This document shows, piece by piece, positions 19,837 to 28,902 of a DNA stretch of 64,000 bases. A program made the position numbers and the translations under genes. The DNA comes from an uncultured Acidobacteriota bacterium (lineage in GTDB: Bacteria; Acidobacteriota; Polarisedimenticolia; J045): assembly GCA_963702425.1 (NCBI GenBank), contig CAVPCQ010000012.1:128001-192000 (forward strand), given 5' to 3'. Positions within the stretch are counted from its first letter, which is position 1; each line of letters begins with the position of its first letter. Under the pieces are notes generated by a model, which saw only the letters and a program-made list of their open reading frames with translations, searched no databases and was not told the origin of the DNA.

Positions 19837-22800
19837 CTACGGGCAGCCGGGCGGCACCTGCCGTTCCGTCCCGTCGCTCGTCCGGCCGGCGCTCCCCTGG
19901 GTCCCGCTGAAGTAGCCGGTCACGAGGTACCAGCGGGCCATTCCCGGCGCCGGGCGCTCCGGCGCCTCGGCGAAGGGAACGGGGGTGCCGGGCCAATAGC
20001 ACTGGCCGTAGGTCGCGCCGCCGAGCGAGAGGGTCAGGTCGCTGTAGACCGAGTAGCTGGATGCGCTCTGCTCGCGGCTCCAGAGCAGGCGATCCTGCGC
20101 CCCGCGCTCGATCGTCACCCCGTTGATCTCCCGGTCGTCGCCGTCGCAGGCGTCGCCGAGACCGTCCGCGTCGCGGTCGAGCTGGCGGCCGTTGGCGTTT
20201 CGGGCGCAGTTGTCGGAGCCGTCGGGGACGCCGTCGTCGTCGTCGTCCGGGTCGATCGCGTTCGGCTGGCCGTCGCCGTCGGCGTCGGGGTCGCAGGCGT
20301 CGCCCACCCCGTCACCGTCGCCGTCCTGCTGCAGCGGGTCGGCTGCGGAGGGACACCGGTCGCAGGCGTCGCCGACACCGTCCGCGTCCGCGTCGGCCTG
20401 GGCCGGGTTGGCCACGAACGGGCAGTTGTCGACGTTCGCCCCCACCCCGTCGAGATCGTTGGCGTCGTCGAACGGGTCGCCCGCAAACCGATCGCAGGGG
20501 TTGCCGCGGCCGTCGCGGTCGCTGTCCGCCTGGTCGGCGTTGGCGTCGAAGCGGCAGTTGTCGGCCGCGTTGCCGACGCCGTCCAGGTCCCAGTCGGTGG
20601 CAGCGGCGACGTCGCAGGGGGACGGCTTGGGCCGCGGGGTGCCGTCCGAGCGCCGCCCGGCGCTCCCCTCGGTCGTGGCGTCGCGCGCCGTGACGAGGTA
20701 CCAGAAGATCCCCCCCGGCTCCGGGCTGTCGGACAGGTAGGACCGGTTGACGGCCGCCTGCGGCCGATAGCAGTAGCCCGGGTGGCCCGACTTCAGGCGA
20801 TCGGCCAGGCCGAAGTAGACGTTGTAGGACTGCGCTCCCTCCTCGAGTTCCCACTCGAGCCGGGCCTGCCGCCCCGTCACGAAGCGCGCACGGACGTTCT
20901 GCACGATCAGGTCGTTCGTGTCGCAGTCGTCCCCTTCCCCGTCGCTGTTCTCGTCGGACTGCCGGGCGTTGCGGACGAAGTCGCAGTTGTCGGAGGCGTC
21001 GCCCAGCCCGTCGTCGTCGTCGTCGGTGTCGGCGGCGTTGGCCTGCCCGTCGTTGTCGACGTCGCCGTCGCAGGCGTCGCCGGTCCCGTCGCGGTCGAGA
21101 TCGCGCGTGACCGCCTCGACCAGCGACTTGCAGTAGTCGCAGGCGTCCCCGTACTTGTCGCCGTCGGCGTTCTCCTGGAAAAGGTTGCCGCGGTCCGGGC
21201 AGTTGTCGATCGTCGAGGGGAAGCCGTCGCTGTCGATGTCGTTGTCGGGATCGGTCCGGAACGGGTCGCACAGGTCGCCCAGGCCGTCGAAGTCGGCGTT
21301 GGCCTGCGCGGCGTTCGGGTAGTTGTCGCAGTTGTCGCGGTCGTTCGGCACGCCGTCGCCGTCGGGATCGAACGGGTCAATCGACTGGCCGACCCCGTTG
21401 CCGTACGGGTTCGACTTGGTCGCGCTGTCGCGGTAATCGGGGTAGACGGCCAGGTAAGCGGCCCCGGAAGCGGAGGCGACGACGTTCACGCTGTCGGACG
21501 AGCCGGGGGGCGTCCCGACGTCGAGCCGCCGCTCCGGCAGGAAGCTGATCCCGCCGTCCTTCGACTCGACCGCGAAGATGTCGCGGGCCGTCGGTCCGCC
21601 GCCGGCGTTCCGGTTGTCCGAGAGGACGACGGTCACGTTGAGGCCGCTGGCCACGAGCTCCCAGATGGCCGCGGGCACCGTGCCCGGGGCGACGCCGAGA
21701 TTGACGCGCTGGGCGGCCGACCAGGTCGCGCCGCCGTCGGCACTGACGGTGAAGTAGAGGTCCCTCCCGCCGTTCCGCGAGTCTTCCCACGCGACGTAGA
21801 AGCGCTCCGGCGACTGGCTGGCGACCAGCCGCGGCGCCCTCGCGTTCGAGCCCGCCGGGCCCCCATCGACGCGCACCTCGGTCGGCAGCCACGTCGCACC
21901 GCCGTCGCGCGAAATGTTGAAGTAGATGTCCCAGTCGCCACCGCGCTGGTCCTGCCACACGGCTGCCACCGTGCCCGCCGCGGGGGTGCCGAAGCAGACA
22001 AGCCGGGGCAGCTCGGACTCGGTGCCGGCCGGCGCCGTGTCGCCGCTGTCGAGCTTCTTCTCCGAACCGAACGTCACCGCGTCGTCGGCGGACGAGCGGA
22101 TCAGGATCCGCCCGGGGTACGAGCCGGTATTCATCGGCGTCGGGTGGCGCCTGTCCTTCCACGCAACGTGGACGCGGCGGTTTGCGTCGGCGCAGGCGGT
22201 GACCTCGGTGGCGCGCTCGACCTGGGCTGAGAGGTCGACGATGTTCAGCTTCCTCTTGGCGGCCCAGCTGGCGCCGCCGTTCGTGGTCGCGCGCAGGTAG
22301 ACCGAGTTCAGCCCCAGCCCGCCTCCCTCGCTCTCGTCATGCCAGATCGCGTAGGCCTTGCCGCCGGGTACCGCGAGCAGGGTGTGGCCGTAGGAGAGGG
22401 GCAGACCCGAGGGGGGTGCGTAGAGCAGCGCGAGGTTGATCGGCGCGCCGAAGGTCTCGCCGCGATCGCTGGAGGCGACGACATAGAAGTCGCCGTTGTC
22501 GAAGTTGCGGTTCGCGAAGAGGACGTAGACGAACTGGTCGCCGGCCGAGCGTGCGAGGGCGAGCTTCATGTCGCCGTCGATCGAGCCGGGCGAGAAGTTC
22601 GTGCTCACCCGCTGGTCGGCATCGCGCCAGGTCGCACCCTGGTTGACCGAGACGTTGAAGACGGCTTCGTGGCCGTTGAAGTAGCGCCGCCGGATGTAGG
22701 CCGAGTAGGCGCGGTCGTTCTTCAGCTCGACGCTCGCAGCATCGACGATGTTGGATGAGAGCGCTCCGGGAAGCGGGCTTTCGACCCTTGCGTCCGGGGA

Positions 22801-22893
22801 CTTCGGCGACTGCGCAGCCGCCGGCCGGGCCCCGGCCGAGACGAGCGCGAGCCCGATCACCCCGAGCGCGAGCCGGCTGGTATTCCGTGCCAT
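19837..22893 (-). CDS. Large secreted protein: Asp-box (BNR) propeller + thrombospondin type 3 repeats + duplicated FN3-like module
   Basis: Signal peptide; SxDxGxTW/F repeats; DxDxDGxGDACD and DNCP Ca-binding repeats; RBS AAGGAGG. Confidence 0.88.
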   Translation of the reverse strand: MARNTSRLALGVIGLALVSAGARPAAAQSPKSPDARVESPLPGALSSNIVDAASVELKNDRAYSAYIRRRYFNGHEAVFNVSVNQGATWRDADQRVSTNFSPGSIDGDMKLALARSAGDQFVYVLFANRNFDNGDFYVVASSDRGETFGAPINLALLYAPPSGLPLSYGHTLLAVPGGKAYAIWHDESEGGGLGLNSVYLRATTNGGASWAAKRKLNIVDLSAQVERATEVTACADANRRVHVAWKDRRHPTPMNTGSYPGRILIRSSADDAVTFGSEKKLDSGDTAPAGTESELPRLVCFGTPAAGTVAAVWQDQRGGDWDIYFNISRDGGATWLPTEVRVDGGPAGSNARAPRLVASQSPERFYVAWEDSRNGGRDLYFTVSADGGATWSAAQRVNLGVAPGTVPAAIWELVASGLNVTVVLSDNRNAGGGPTARDIFAVESKDGGISFLPERRLDVGTPPGSSDSVNVVASASGAAYLAVYPDYRDSATKSNPYGNGVGQSIDPFDPDGDGVPNDRDNCDNYPNAAQANADFDGLGDLCDPFRTDPDNDIDSDGFPSTIDNCPDRGNLFQENADGDKYGDACDYCKSLVEAVTRDLDRDGTGDACDGDVDNDGQANAADTDDDDDGLGDASDNCDFVRNARQSDENSDGEGDDCDTNDLIVQNVRARFVTGRQARLEWELEEGAQSYNVYFGLADRLKSGHPGYCYRPQAAVNRSYLSDSPEPGGIFWYLVTARDATTEGSAGRRSDGTPRPKPSPCDVAAATDWDLDGVGNAADNCRFDANADQADSDRDGRGNPCDRFAGDPFDDANDLDGVGANVDNCPFVANPAQADADADGVGDACDRCPSAADPLQQDGDGDGVGDACDPDADGDGQPNAIDPDDDDDGVPDGSDNCARNANGRQLDRDADGLGDACDGDDREINGVTIERGAQDRLLWSREQSASSYSVYSDLTLSLGGATYGQCYWPGTPVPFAEAPERPAPGMARWYLVTGYFSGTQGSAGRTSDGTERQVPPGCP

Positions 22894-23576
22894 CCACACC
22901 CTCCTTGATGGTCAGACCGCTCCCCACTCCTGGCCGCTCCCGCTGAAGCGATGCCGACGAGGTGGAGATCCGCGCGAGCGTATATACGGCGAGCGCGCGG
23001 GAGCGAGGGGGCGGTTTTTGTCGGTTTCTCGATCCGTCTGTCGCAGCCGCGGGCGTCGAACGCGTTCACTTGACGCGTCCTGCATGGACGATCGTCGATT
23101 TCGTAACCGGACGGCGGATCCTGAAACCGCGCGGACCTCCTCGGCCCCGCGGTCTGTCACTTCAGTCACGGAGCGGGCCCGTCGGTCCAGGCCCGCCCCG
23201 AGCGAACTAATTCGTCCCTGCTGGTGGATTTCTCACCGCTGTCTCACCGCCCTCGGTCCACTCCAGTTTTTTTGCTTGCTTTCCCCTTCCCATACGGGTC
23301 TATTTCTGCGCGTCAGGTCGGAGCTCCGCTCCAGCAGACCCCTCCTTCTGAGCTGCCCGGGGGGACGGGGACGGCCCGCGGGGATCCGAGGGCGGATCCA
23401 GGGAACACTTCACCTTCTGGGGCAGGGCCCAGGGGCGAGGCGTACTGGAAGCCTGGCCGGGCACGGAGGACTTCAAGTCCCGGGCCCAAGCGCCGCCCGA
23501 AGGGAAGGCGAGGAGTTGTCAGGTCATGCGAAGACATCCGGAATACCCTGCGCCTGGAGGAAAGGAGCCTAAGACG

Positions 23577-23936
23577 ATGCGTCCGGCAGCTGTAATCAAA
23601 GTGGTGGGCCTCGTGCTCATCGCAGCGTTCGTGGGGAGCTGGGCTGCCCCCGTGGCCGCGCAAGAGTGCATCGCTCAGTGCATCGAGCAGTACGACCAGG
23701 ACAAGGCGGCATGCGACGAGCAGCTCGCCGCCCAGCTCGCAGTGTTGGACCAAGAGGCCCAGGCCTGTCTCGACAACAACCCGGTCGATCCGATCGCGGC
23801 GGGGCTGTGCCTGCGCAACGTGAACGTCAAGCGCTACAGCGCGCGGTCCGACTGGCGTCGGTGTGTGAGCTTCGCGAACACCGCCGCGTACAACTGCTAT
23901 CGCGAGTGTCAGTCTCCCTCGGAGACACAGCCCTGA
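23577..23936 (+). CDS. Small secreted 8-Cys protein
   Basis: RBS AAGGAG, signal peptide ending VAA-Q, downstream terminator. Confidence 0.8.
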   Translation: MRPAAVIKVVGLVLIAAFVGSWAAPVAAQECIAQCIEQYDQDKAACDEQLAAQLAVLDQEAQACLDNNPVDPIAAGLCLRNVNVKRYSARSDWRRCVSFANTAAYNCYRECQSPSETQP

Positions 23937-23974
23937 CACAGCGCCCCACTAGCTAGCTAGAGTTCTCGAGAACG

Positions 23975-24010
23975 AGGGGGCCCGGCGAATCGCCGGGCCC
24001 TTTCGATTTT
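23975..24010 (+). terminator. Intrinsic terminator
   Basis: GGGCCCGGCG/CGCCGGGCCC stem followed by TTTCGATTTT. Confidence 0.7.
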
Positions 24011-24166
24011 CGGCGCACCCCTCAAGCCCGCTCCGCCCCGTCCGATAAACCCGGCGACGCTCGGAACCGCCCGCACCCAGGCCTCGCGCGGGCAGCTCAC
24101 GGGCCAGAACCTGACGGCGGCGCGGGTTGAGACCTGATCCCCCGCATCGCAGACCATGCGCCGCCT

Positions 24167-24203
24167 CGCGCCCTCGGCATCGTGCCGGGGGCGTGCTTTT
24201 TTT
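24167..24203 (+). terminator. Intrinsic terminator with no upstream CDS
   Basis: CGCGCCCTCGGCA/TGCCGGGGGCGTG stem followed by a T7 tract. Confidence 0.7.
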
Positions 24204-24227
24204 GCCCTTGCGGTACGGCGATCGCAC

Positions 24228-24598
24228 GGGCGCAGAACGGGATGGTCCCCCTGGCGAGTGGGTCGCGGGCTCCAACACTCGCCAGGGGGACCATCCCGTT
24301 CTGCGCCCTCCGCGTCATGGGCGCGGCAAGGTCAAAGAAAGCGGAAGAGGGGGTGAGAAGAGTATGCAGCGCACGGGGACGCCAACCGCGGCGGAGGAGA
24401 AGAGCAACAGGGAGCCGCACGGCAACGAAGCAGCGGTCAACGAACAGAACGCGGCCCGTGCGCTGAACGGACTTCTCTTCTCTTCTCCTTGAGCGGGGCC
24501 GTTCGGGGCAGGCGGCGAAGGCGTTTGACCGGGAAGGGCCCCCGGCGAGTGTTGGAGCCTGCGACCCACTCGCCGGGGGCCCTTCCCGGTCAAACGCC
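24228..24598. repeat. Tripartite palindromic element, copy A
   Basis: Perfect 33-bp hairpin 24228-24308 and perfect 32-bp hairpin 24520-24598 with the same core in opposite orientation. Confidence 0.9.
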
Positions 24599-24615
24599 GC
24601 CCCAGCGCGAACCGC

Positions 24616-25008
24616 TCAGCGCACAGCCACCTTCGCAAACGCCGTCTCGGCGTCCTTGATCTCGTACGGCCGGTTCCCGTCACCCACCAGCACGATCCGC
24701 GGCCGGTGCCCCGCGATCTCGGCGTCCTCCAGCTCGCAGTAGGCCGCGATGATCACCTTGTCGCCGACCTCGACCATGTGCGCCGCAGCGCCGTTGACGC
24801 AGCAGTCCCCCGCCCCGCGCGGCCCCTCGATCAGGTAGGTCGCGAAGCGCGTGCCGCGCGTCACGTCGTAGACCTCGATCCGCTGGTAGGGATGGAGGCG
24901 TGCCGCCTCCATCAGCCCGGCGTCGAGCGTGAGGCTCCCTTCGTACTCGAGATCGGCCCCGGTGACCGTGACCCGGTGCACCTTGCCGAAGAGGAACGGT
25001 CGCTTCAT
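24616..25008 (-). CDS. panD: Aspartate 1-decarboxylase
   Basis: KVHRVTVT, YEGSLT self-cleavage site, NGAAA. Confidence 0.96.
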   Translation of the reverse strand: MKRPFLFGKVHRVTVTGADLEYEGSLTLDAGLMEAARLHPYQRIEVYDVTRGTRFATYLIEGPRGAGDCCVNGAAAHMVEVGDKVIIAAYCELEDAEIAGHRPRIVLVGDGNRPYEIKDAETAFAKVAVR

Positions 25009-25889
25009 GCCTTCTCTCCTGCCGGCGGCCGCGGGAGGGCCGGGGGCCGGACGATCGCGTTGTCGATCAGCCGCGTGGCCCCGACGAAGACGGCGAGCGG
25101 GATCAGCGTCTCACCGGTGATCTCCTCGCGACGCTCGAGCGTATCGGCATCGATGACGGCCACGTAGTCCACCTTCGCCCGCGGCTCGCTCGCCAGCACC
25201 TCGTGTACCGCGGCCTCGATCGCCCGCGTGCTCCGCACCTCCTCGCGCTCGACCATCTGCCGGGCCCGCGCCAGCGCCCGTGACAGGACGGTCGCCGCCG
25301 CGCGCTCGGCTGGGCCGAGGTAGACGTTGCGCGACGAGAGCGCCAACCCGTCCTCGTGCCGCACGGTCGGGGCGACGACGATCTCGACGTCGAGGTTGAG
25401 GTCCTTCACCATTCGCCGCACGACAAGCGACTGCTGGGCGTCCTTCTGGCCGAAGAAGGCGAAGTGCGGCTTGACGATGTGCAGCAGCTTCAGCACGACC
25501 GTCAGGACCCCGCGGAAGTGACCCGGCCGGGACGCCCCCTCGAGCACCGCCGTGAGCCCCTCGACGTCGACGAAGGTCCTGTTGCCGGACGGGTACATCT
25601 CCTCCGGCTCGGGCGCGAACAGGTGATCCACCCCTTCCTGGATGCAGAGGTCGGCGTCGCGCGCCAGGTCGCGGGGGTAGCGCGAGAAGTCCTCGGCCGG
25701 CCCGAACTGCCTGGGGTTGACGAAGATCGAAACCACGACCACGTCCCCCAGCTCGCGGGCGCGGCGCACCAGCGAGAGGTGCCCGTCGTGCAGAGCCCCC
25801 ATCGTCGGGACGAAGGCGATCTTCTTCCCGGTCCCGCGGGCCTGGCGGGCCATCTCCTGCATCGCCTGGACGCGCCGGACGAGGTCCAC
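25005..25889 (-). CDS. panC: Pantoate--beta-alanine ligase
   Basis: FVPTMGALHDGH, RPGHFRGV, FGQKDAQQ, GLALSSRN, RLIDN. Confidence 0.97.
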   Translation of the reverse strand: MDLVRRVQAMQEMARQARGTGKKIAFVPTMGALHDGHLSLVRRARELGDVVVVSIFVNPRQFGPAEDFSRYPRDLARDADLCIQEGVDHLFAPEPEEMYPSGNRTFVDVEGLTAVLEGASRPGHFRGVLTVVLKLLHIVKPHFAFFGQKDAQQSLVVRRMVKDLNLDVEIVVAPTVRHEDGLALSSRNVYLGPAERAAATVLSRALARARQMVEREEVRSTRAIEAAVHEVLASEPRAKVDYVAVIDADTLERREEITGETLIPLAVFVGATRLIDNAIVRPPALPRPPAGEKA

Positions 25890-25891
25890 GC

Positions 25892-26800
25892 CTAGAGCTC
25901 CCGGGCGCGCGGGGCGCCTCGGCGTGCCTGGCGCTCGACCGCCGCCGCCGCCTCGCGCGGCAGCCGGTAGGACTCGGCCGCGGCGGGGAAGCTCCGCCCC
26001 CGCACGTCCGCGGCGTAGGCCCGGATCGCCTCGACCGCCGCGCCGTGCAGGTCGGCATAACGCCGCACGAACTTCGGGGCGGGCCCGCTGGTCAGGCCAA
26101 GCAGGTCGTGGAACACCAGCACCTGGCCGTCACAGCCGGCCCCGGCGCCGATCCCGATCGTCGGGACCGGCGCGCGCTCGGTGACCAGCGACGCGACGTC
26201 GGACGGCACCCCCTCGAGCACCAGCGCGAAGATCCCGGCCTCGCACAGCGCCTGCGCATCGTCGAGCAGCCGCTCGATCTCCGGCACCGCACGGGCCTGG
26301 ACGCGGTAGCCCCCCATCGCGTGCAGCGACTGCGGGGTCAGGCCGAGGTGCCCCATCACCGGGATCTCGGCGTCGATCAGCGCGCGCACGACCTCCAGCC
26401 GCTTGCGGCCTCCCTCGAGCTTGACCGCTTCGGCACCCCCTTCGCGAACGAGCCGCCCGGCGTTGAGCACCGCGTCGCGCGTGCCGGTGTGGTAGCTCAG
26501 GTAGGGCAGGTCGGTGACGACCAGCGCGCGCGGGCGCGTCCGCTGCACCGCGGCGGTGGCCCGGACCATGTCGTCGAGATCGACGCGCAGCGTGTCGGGG
26601 AGGCCCAGCACGACCATCCCGAGCGAGTCGCCGACAAGGATCACATCCACCCCGGCCTCGTCGGCCGCGCGGGCCGAGGGGGCGTCGTAGGCGGTCAGCA
26701 TGACCAGCGGCAGCCCCCCCTTGCGGCGGGAGACCTCGGGTACGGTGAGCTTGCCGGGATCGGACGGACGGGGGCCGGAGCCCTCCGGGTACGGCGTCAT
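25892..26800 (-). CDS. panB: 3-methyl-2-oxobutanoate hydroxymethyltransferase
   Basis: MLTAYD, ILVGDSLGM, VKLEGG, GHLGLTPQS, DGQVLV. Confidence 0.97.
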   Translation of the reverse strand: MTPYPEGSGPRPSDPGKLTVPEVSRRKGGLPLVMLTAYDAPSARAADEAGVDVILVGDSLGMVVLGLPDTLRVDLDDMVRATAAVQRTRPRALVVTDLPYLSYHTGTRDAVLNAGRLVREGGAEAVKLEGGRKRLEVVRALIDAEIPVMGHLGLTPQSLHAMGGYRVQARAVPEIERLLDDAQALCEAGIFALVLEGVPSDVASLVTERAPVPTIGIGAGAGCDGQVLVFHDLLGLTSGPAPKFVRRYADLHGAAVEAIRAYAADVRGRSFPAAAESYRLPREAAAAVERQARRGAPRAREL

Positions 26801-26844
26801 CGCTGGTCCTCGCATCTCCCCGCCGATCGCTCGGTCGAGGGACG

Positions 26845-26920
26845 GGAACCGTCTTGCAGGCTCTGCACCCCAGGCAGGCGCGGGGGGCCGTCCAGGTCCC
26901 AAAGATCCCGGCGGTCCGGG
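26845..26920 (-). ncRNA. Candidate pan-like RNA leader upstream of panB
   Basis: Two tandem putative hairpins each ending in GACGG on the minus strand; position matches the described pan motif; not verified with a covariance model. Confidence 0.45.
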
Positions 26921-26985
26921 CCTCCCGGTTGTCCATCACAGTAACAGGGTCGCGCGGGGGTGCCAAGCGCCGGGTCCGAACGCGG

Positions 26986-27618
26986 TCAACGGGGCCGGTA
27001 GTACTCCACCCCGGAGGTCCGGTCCATCGCCTCGATCCGCTTGTACAGGTCCTCGAAGTGGGCGTCCTCGTGGGCCGGATCGATGTCGTTGGTGTCGACC
27101 ACCAGGAGCGGCGCCTCGCGGAAGTGGAAGAAGAAGTGGTCGTAGGCCCGGACCACCTCGTCGAGGTAGCCGTGCGAGATCCGCCGCTCGACGTCCCGGC
27201 CGCGGCGCCCGATCCGGTCGAGAATGACCGGAAGCCGGGCCTGGAGGTAGATCACCAGGTCGGGCCGCACGACCTCGGCGGAGAGCAGCTCGTAGAGCCG
27301 CTCGTAGGTCGCCAGCTCGGTGTCGTTCAGATTGAGGTAGGCAAAGATCCGGTCCTTCTCGAACAGGTAGTCCGAGACCGCGCCGCGCGCGAAGAGGTCA
27401 CCCTGGCGCATCTCCCGCCACTGCCGGTGGCGCGCGACCAGGAACCAGATCTGCGCCGAGAACGCCGACCCGCGCCGGTCGCGGTAGAACGGCTCGAGGA
27501 ACGGGTTGTCGGTCGGCTCGAGGACGAGCGAGGCGTCCATCCGCCGTGCGAGACGGCGGGCCAGCGTCGTCTTGCCGACACCGATGGGGCCCTCGAGGGC
27601 AATCGTCCGGGGGGGCAT
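26986..27618 (-). CDS. Deoxynucleoside kinase
   Basis: IALEGPIGVGKTT, NPFLEPFY, DYLFEKDRIFA, PDLVIYLQA. Confidence 0.93.
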   Translation of the reverse strand: MPPRTIALEGPIGVGKTTLARRLARRMDASLVLEPTDNPFLEPFYRDRRGSAFSAQIWFLVARHRQWREMRQGDLFARGAVSDYLFEKDRIFAYLNLNDTELATYERLYELLSAEVVRPDLVIYLQARLPVILDRIGRRGRDVERRISHGYLDEVVRAYDHFFFHFREAPLLVVDTNDIDPAHEDAHFEDLYKRIEAMDRTSGVEYYRPR

Positions 27619-27629
27619 CGCGGCAGATC

Positions 27630-28157
27630 CTACACCGGCCCCCCGGCGGCGAGGAGGACTCCGGACCGGGGGTGACGAAGCCCCGGCCACCAGCGGAGGA
27701 GCGGCCCGACCACGAAGGGGCGCTCCACGAGGCGGGGGTGCGGGACGACGAGGCCCGGCGCGTCGATCACGAGCTCGCCGAACAGGACGATGTCCACGTC
27801 CAGCGTGCGCGGTCCCCAGCGGGGCTGGTCCGACCGACGGCGGCCGGCGGCCCGCTCCAGCGCCTGCCCCAACGCCAGCAGCGCGACGGGATCGAGGGCG
27901 ACCTCGGCGCGCCGCGCCGCGAGGAGCTGGTTCAGGTAGGGCGCCTGCCCCGGCAAGCTACCCGGGAGCGGCGCGGTCTCTTCGACCGGTGAGGCCAGCG
28001 TCCAGCGGAATCCGCCCGCGAACAGCCCGCGGCGGGCCCCCTCGAGATGGGCGGCGCGCTCCCCGAGATTGCTCCCCAGGGCGACGACGACCCAGCCGCC
28101 GGCGCCGCCGGGCCCCCCGCCCCGCGCATTGACAGTCCCCGCCCCGGGCCGTACCAT
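27630..28157 (-). CDS. folK: 2-amino-4-hydroxy-6-hydroxymethyldihydropteridine diphosphokinase
   Basis: ALGSNLG, YLNQ, WGPRTLDVDI, PHPRLVERPFV; start uncertain. Confidence 0.9.
   Translation of the reverse strand: MVRPGAGTVNARGGGPGGAGGWVVVALGSNLGERAAHLEGARRGLFAGGFRWTLASPVEETAPLPGSLPGQAPYLNQLLAARRAEVALDPVALLALGQALERAAGRRRSDQPRWGPRTLDVDIVLFGELVIDAPGLVVPHPRLVERPFVVGPLLRWWPGLRHPRSGVLLAAGGPV
28129..28157 (+). promoter_or_regulatory. Sigma70 promoter for TPR-glmU-glmS
   Basis: TTGACA (28129-28134), 17-nt spacer, TACCAT (28152-28157). Confidence 0.7.
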
Positions 28158-28218
28158 CCGCGCGCTTTCCGCCTCCTTCCGAAACCGCCAAAACTCGCGG
28201 AAACAAAGAGGTTGCCTG

Positions 28219-28902
28219 ATGCCCAGCCGCAAAGCCACCGCCACGAGCCGCTCCCGGACCTCCCAGGGCCACGAGGCCTTCGCCGCCGCCGAGGGGCTCT
28301 ACGCGGAAGCGATGAGGAGCTACCTGCTCAAGCGGGACTGGACGCACGCCGCGACCGGCTTCCGGGCGTTCCTCGACAAGTACGGCACCGAGCGCGACCT
28401 GGCCGAGCTGGCCGACCGCGCCCGCGTCCACCTGATCGCGTGCGAGCGCAAGCTGACCCCCGACGCTCCGGCCCCCGTCACCGCCGAGGAGTGGTTGCGT
28501 CACGGCGTCTCGCTGGCCAACGCCGGCCAGGCGGCCGAGGCGCTGGGCGCGTTCGACAAGGCGGAGGGGTTGGGCTTCGCCGTCGGCCGGGTGCACTACG
28601 CGCGAGCCTCGGCCCTCGCGCTGGACGGGCAACTCGACGAAGCGCTCGCCCAGCTCAAGCTTGCGATCGCCGTCGACGCCGAGCACCGCGCCCACTCGCT
28701 CGGCGACCCGGACTTCGAGCGCCTGCGCGAAACGGCCGGTTACGTCGCGCTGGTCGAGCCGCCCGAGGACGACTACGACGATCTCGACGACGAAGACTTC
28801 GAGGACGACGAGGAGCTCGACGACGCCGACCAGGAGGTCTTCGACGATGGCCCGCAGATCGCCCCCCCGGAAGACACCGACAAGGGCCCCGCGCTCTACT
28901 GA
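28219..28902 (+). CDS. TPR protein with acidic C-terminal tail
   Basis: TPR helices ending DPDFERLR; D/E-rich tail. Confidence 0.8.
   Translation: MPSRKATATSRSRTSQGHEAFAAAEGLYAEAMRSYLLKRDWTHAATGFRAFLDKYGTERDLAELADRARVHLIACERKLTPDAPAPVTAEEWLRHGVSLANAGQAAEALGAFDKAEGLGFAVGRVHYARASALALDGQLDEALAQLKLAIAVDAEHRAHSLGDPDFERLRETAGYVALVEPPEDDYDDLDDEDFEDDEELDDADQEVFDDGPQIAPPEDTDKGPALY

Noticed and set aside
20100-21400. Possible CRISPR or tandem DNA repeat (GTCGCAGGCGTCGCC recurrences)
   Set aside because: These are coding TSP3 repeats with irregular spacing and no cas genes.
24105-24150. TPP riboswitch (TGAGA and CCTGAT words)
   Set aside because: The words are adjacent without the intervening stems, and no downstream gene is present.
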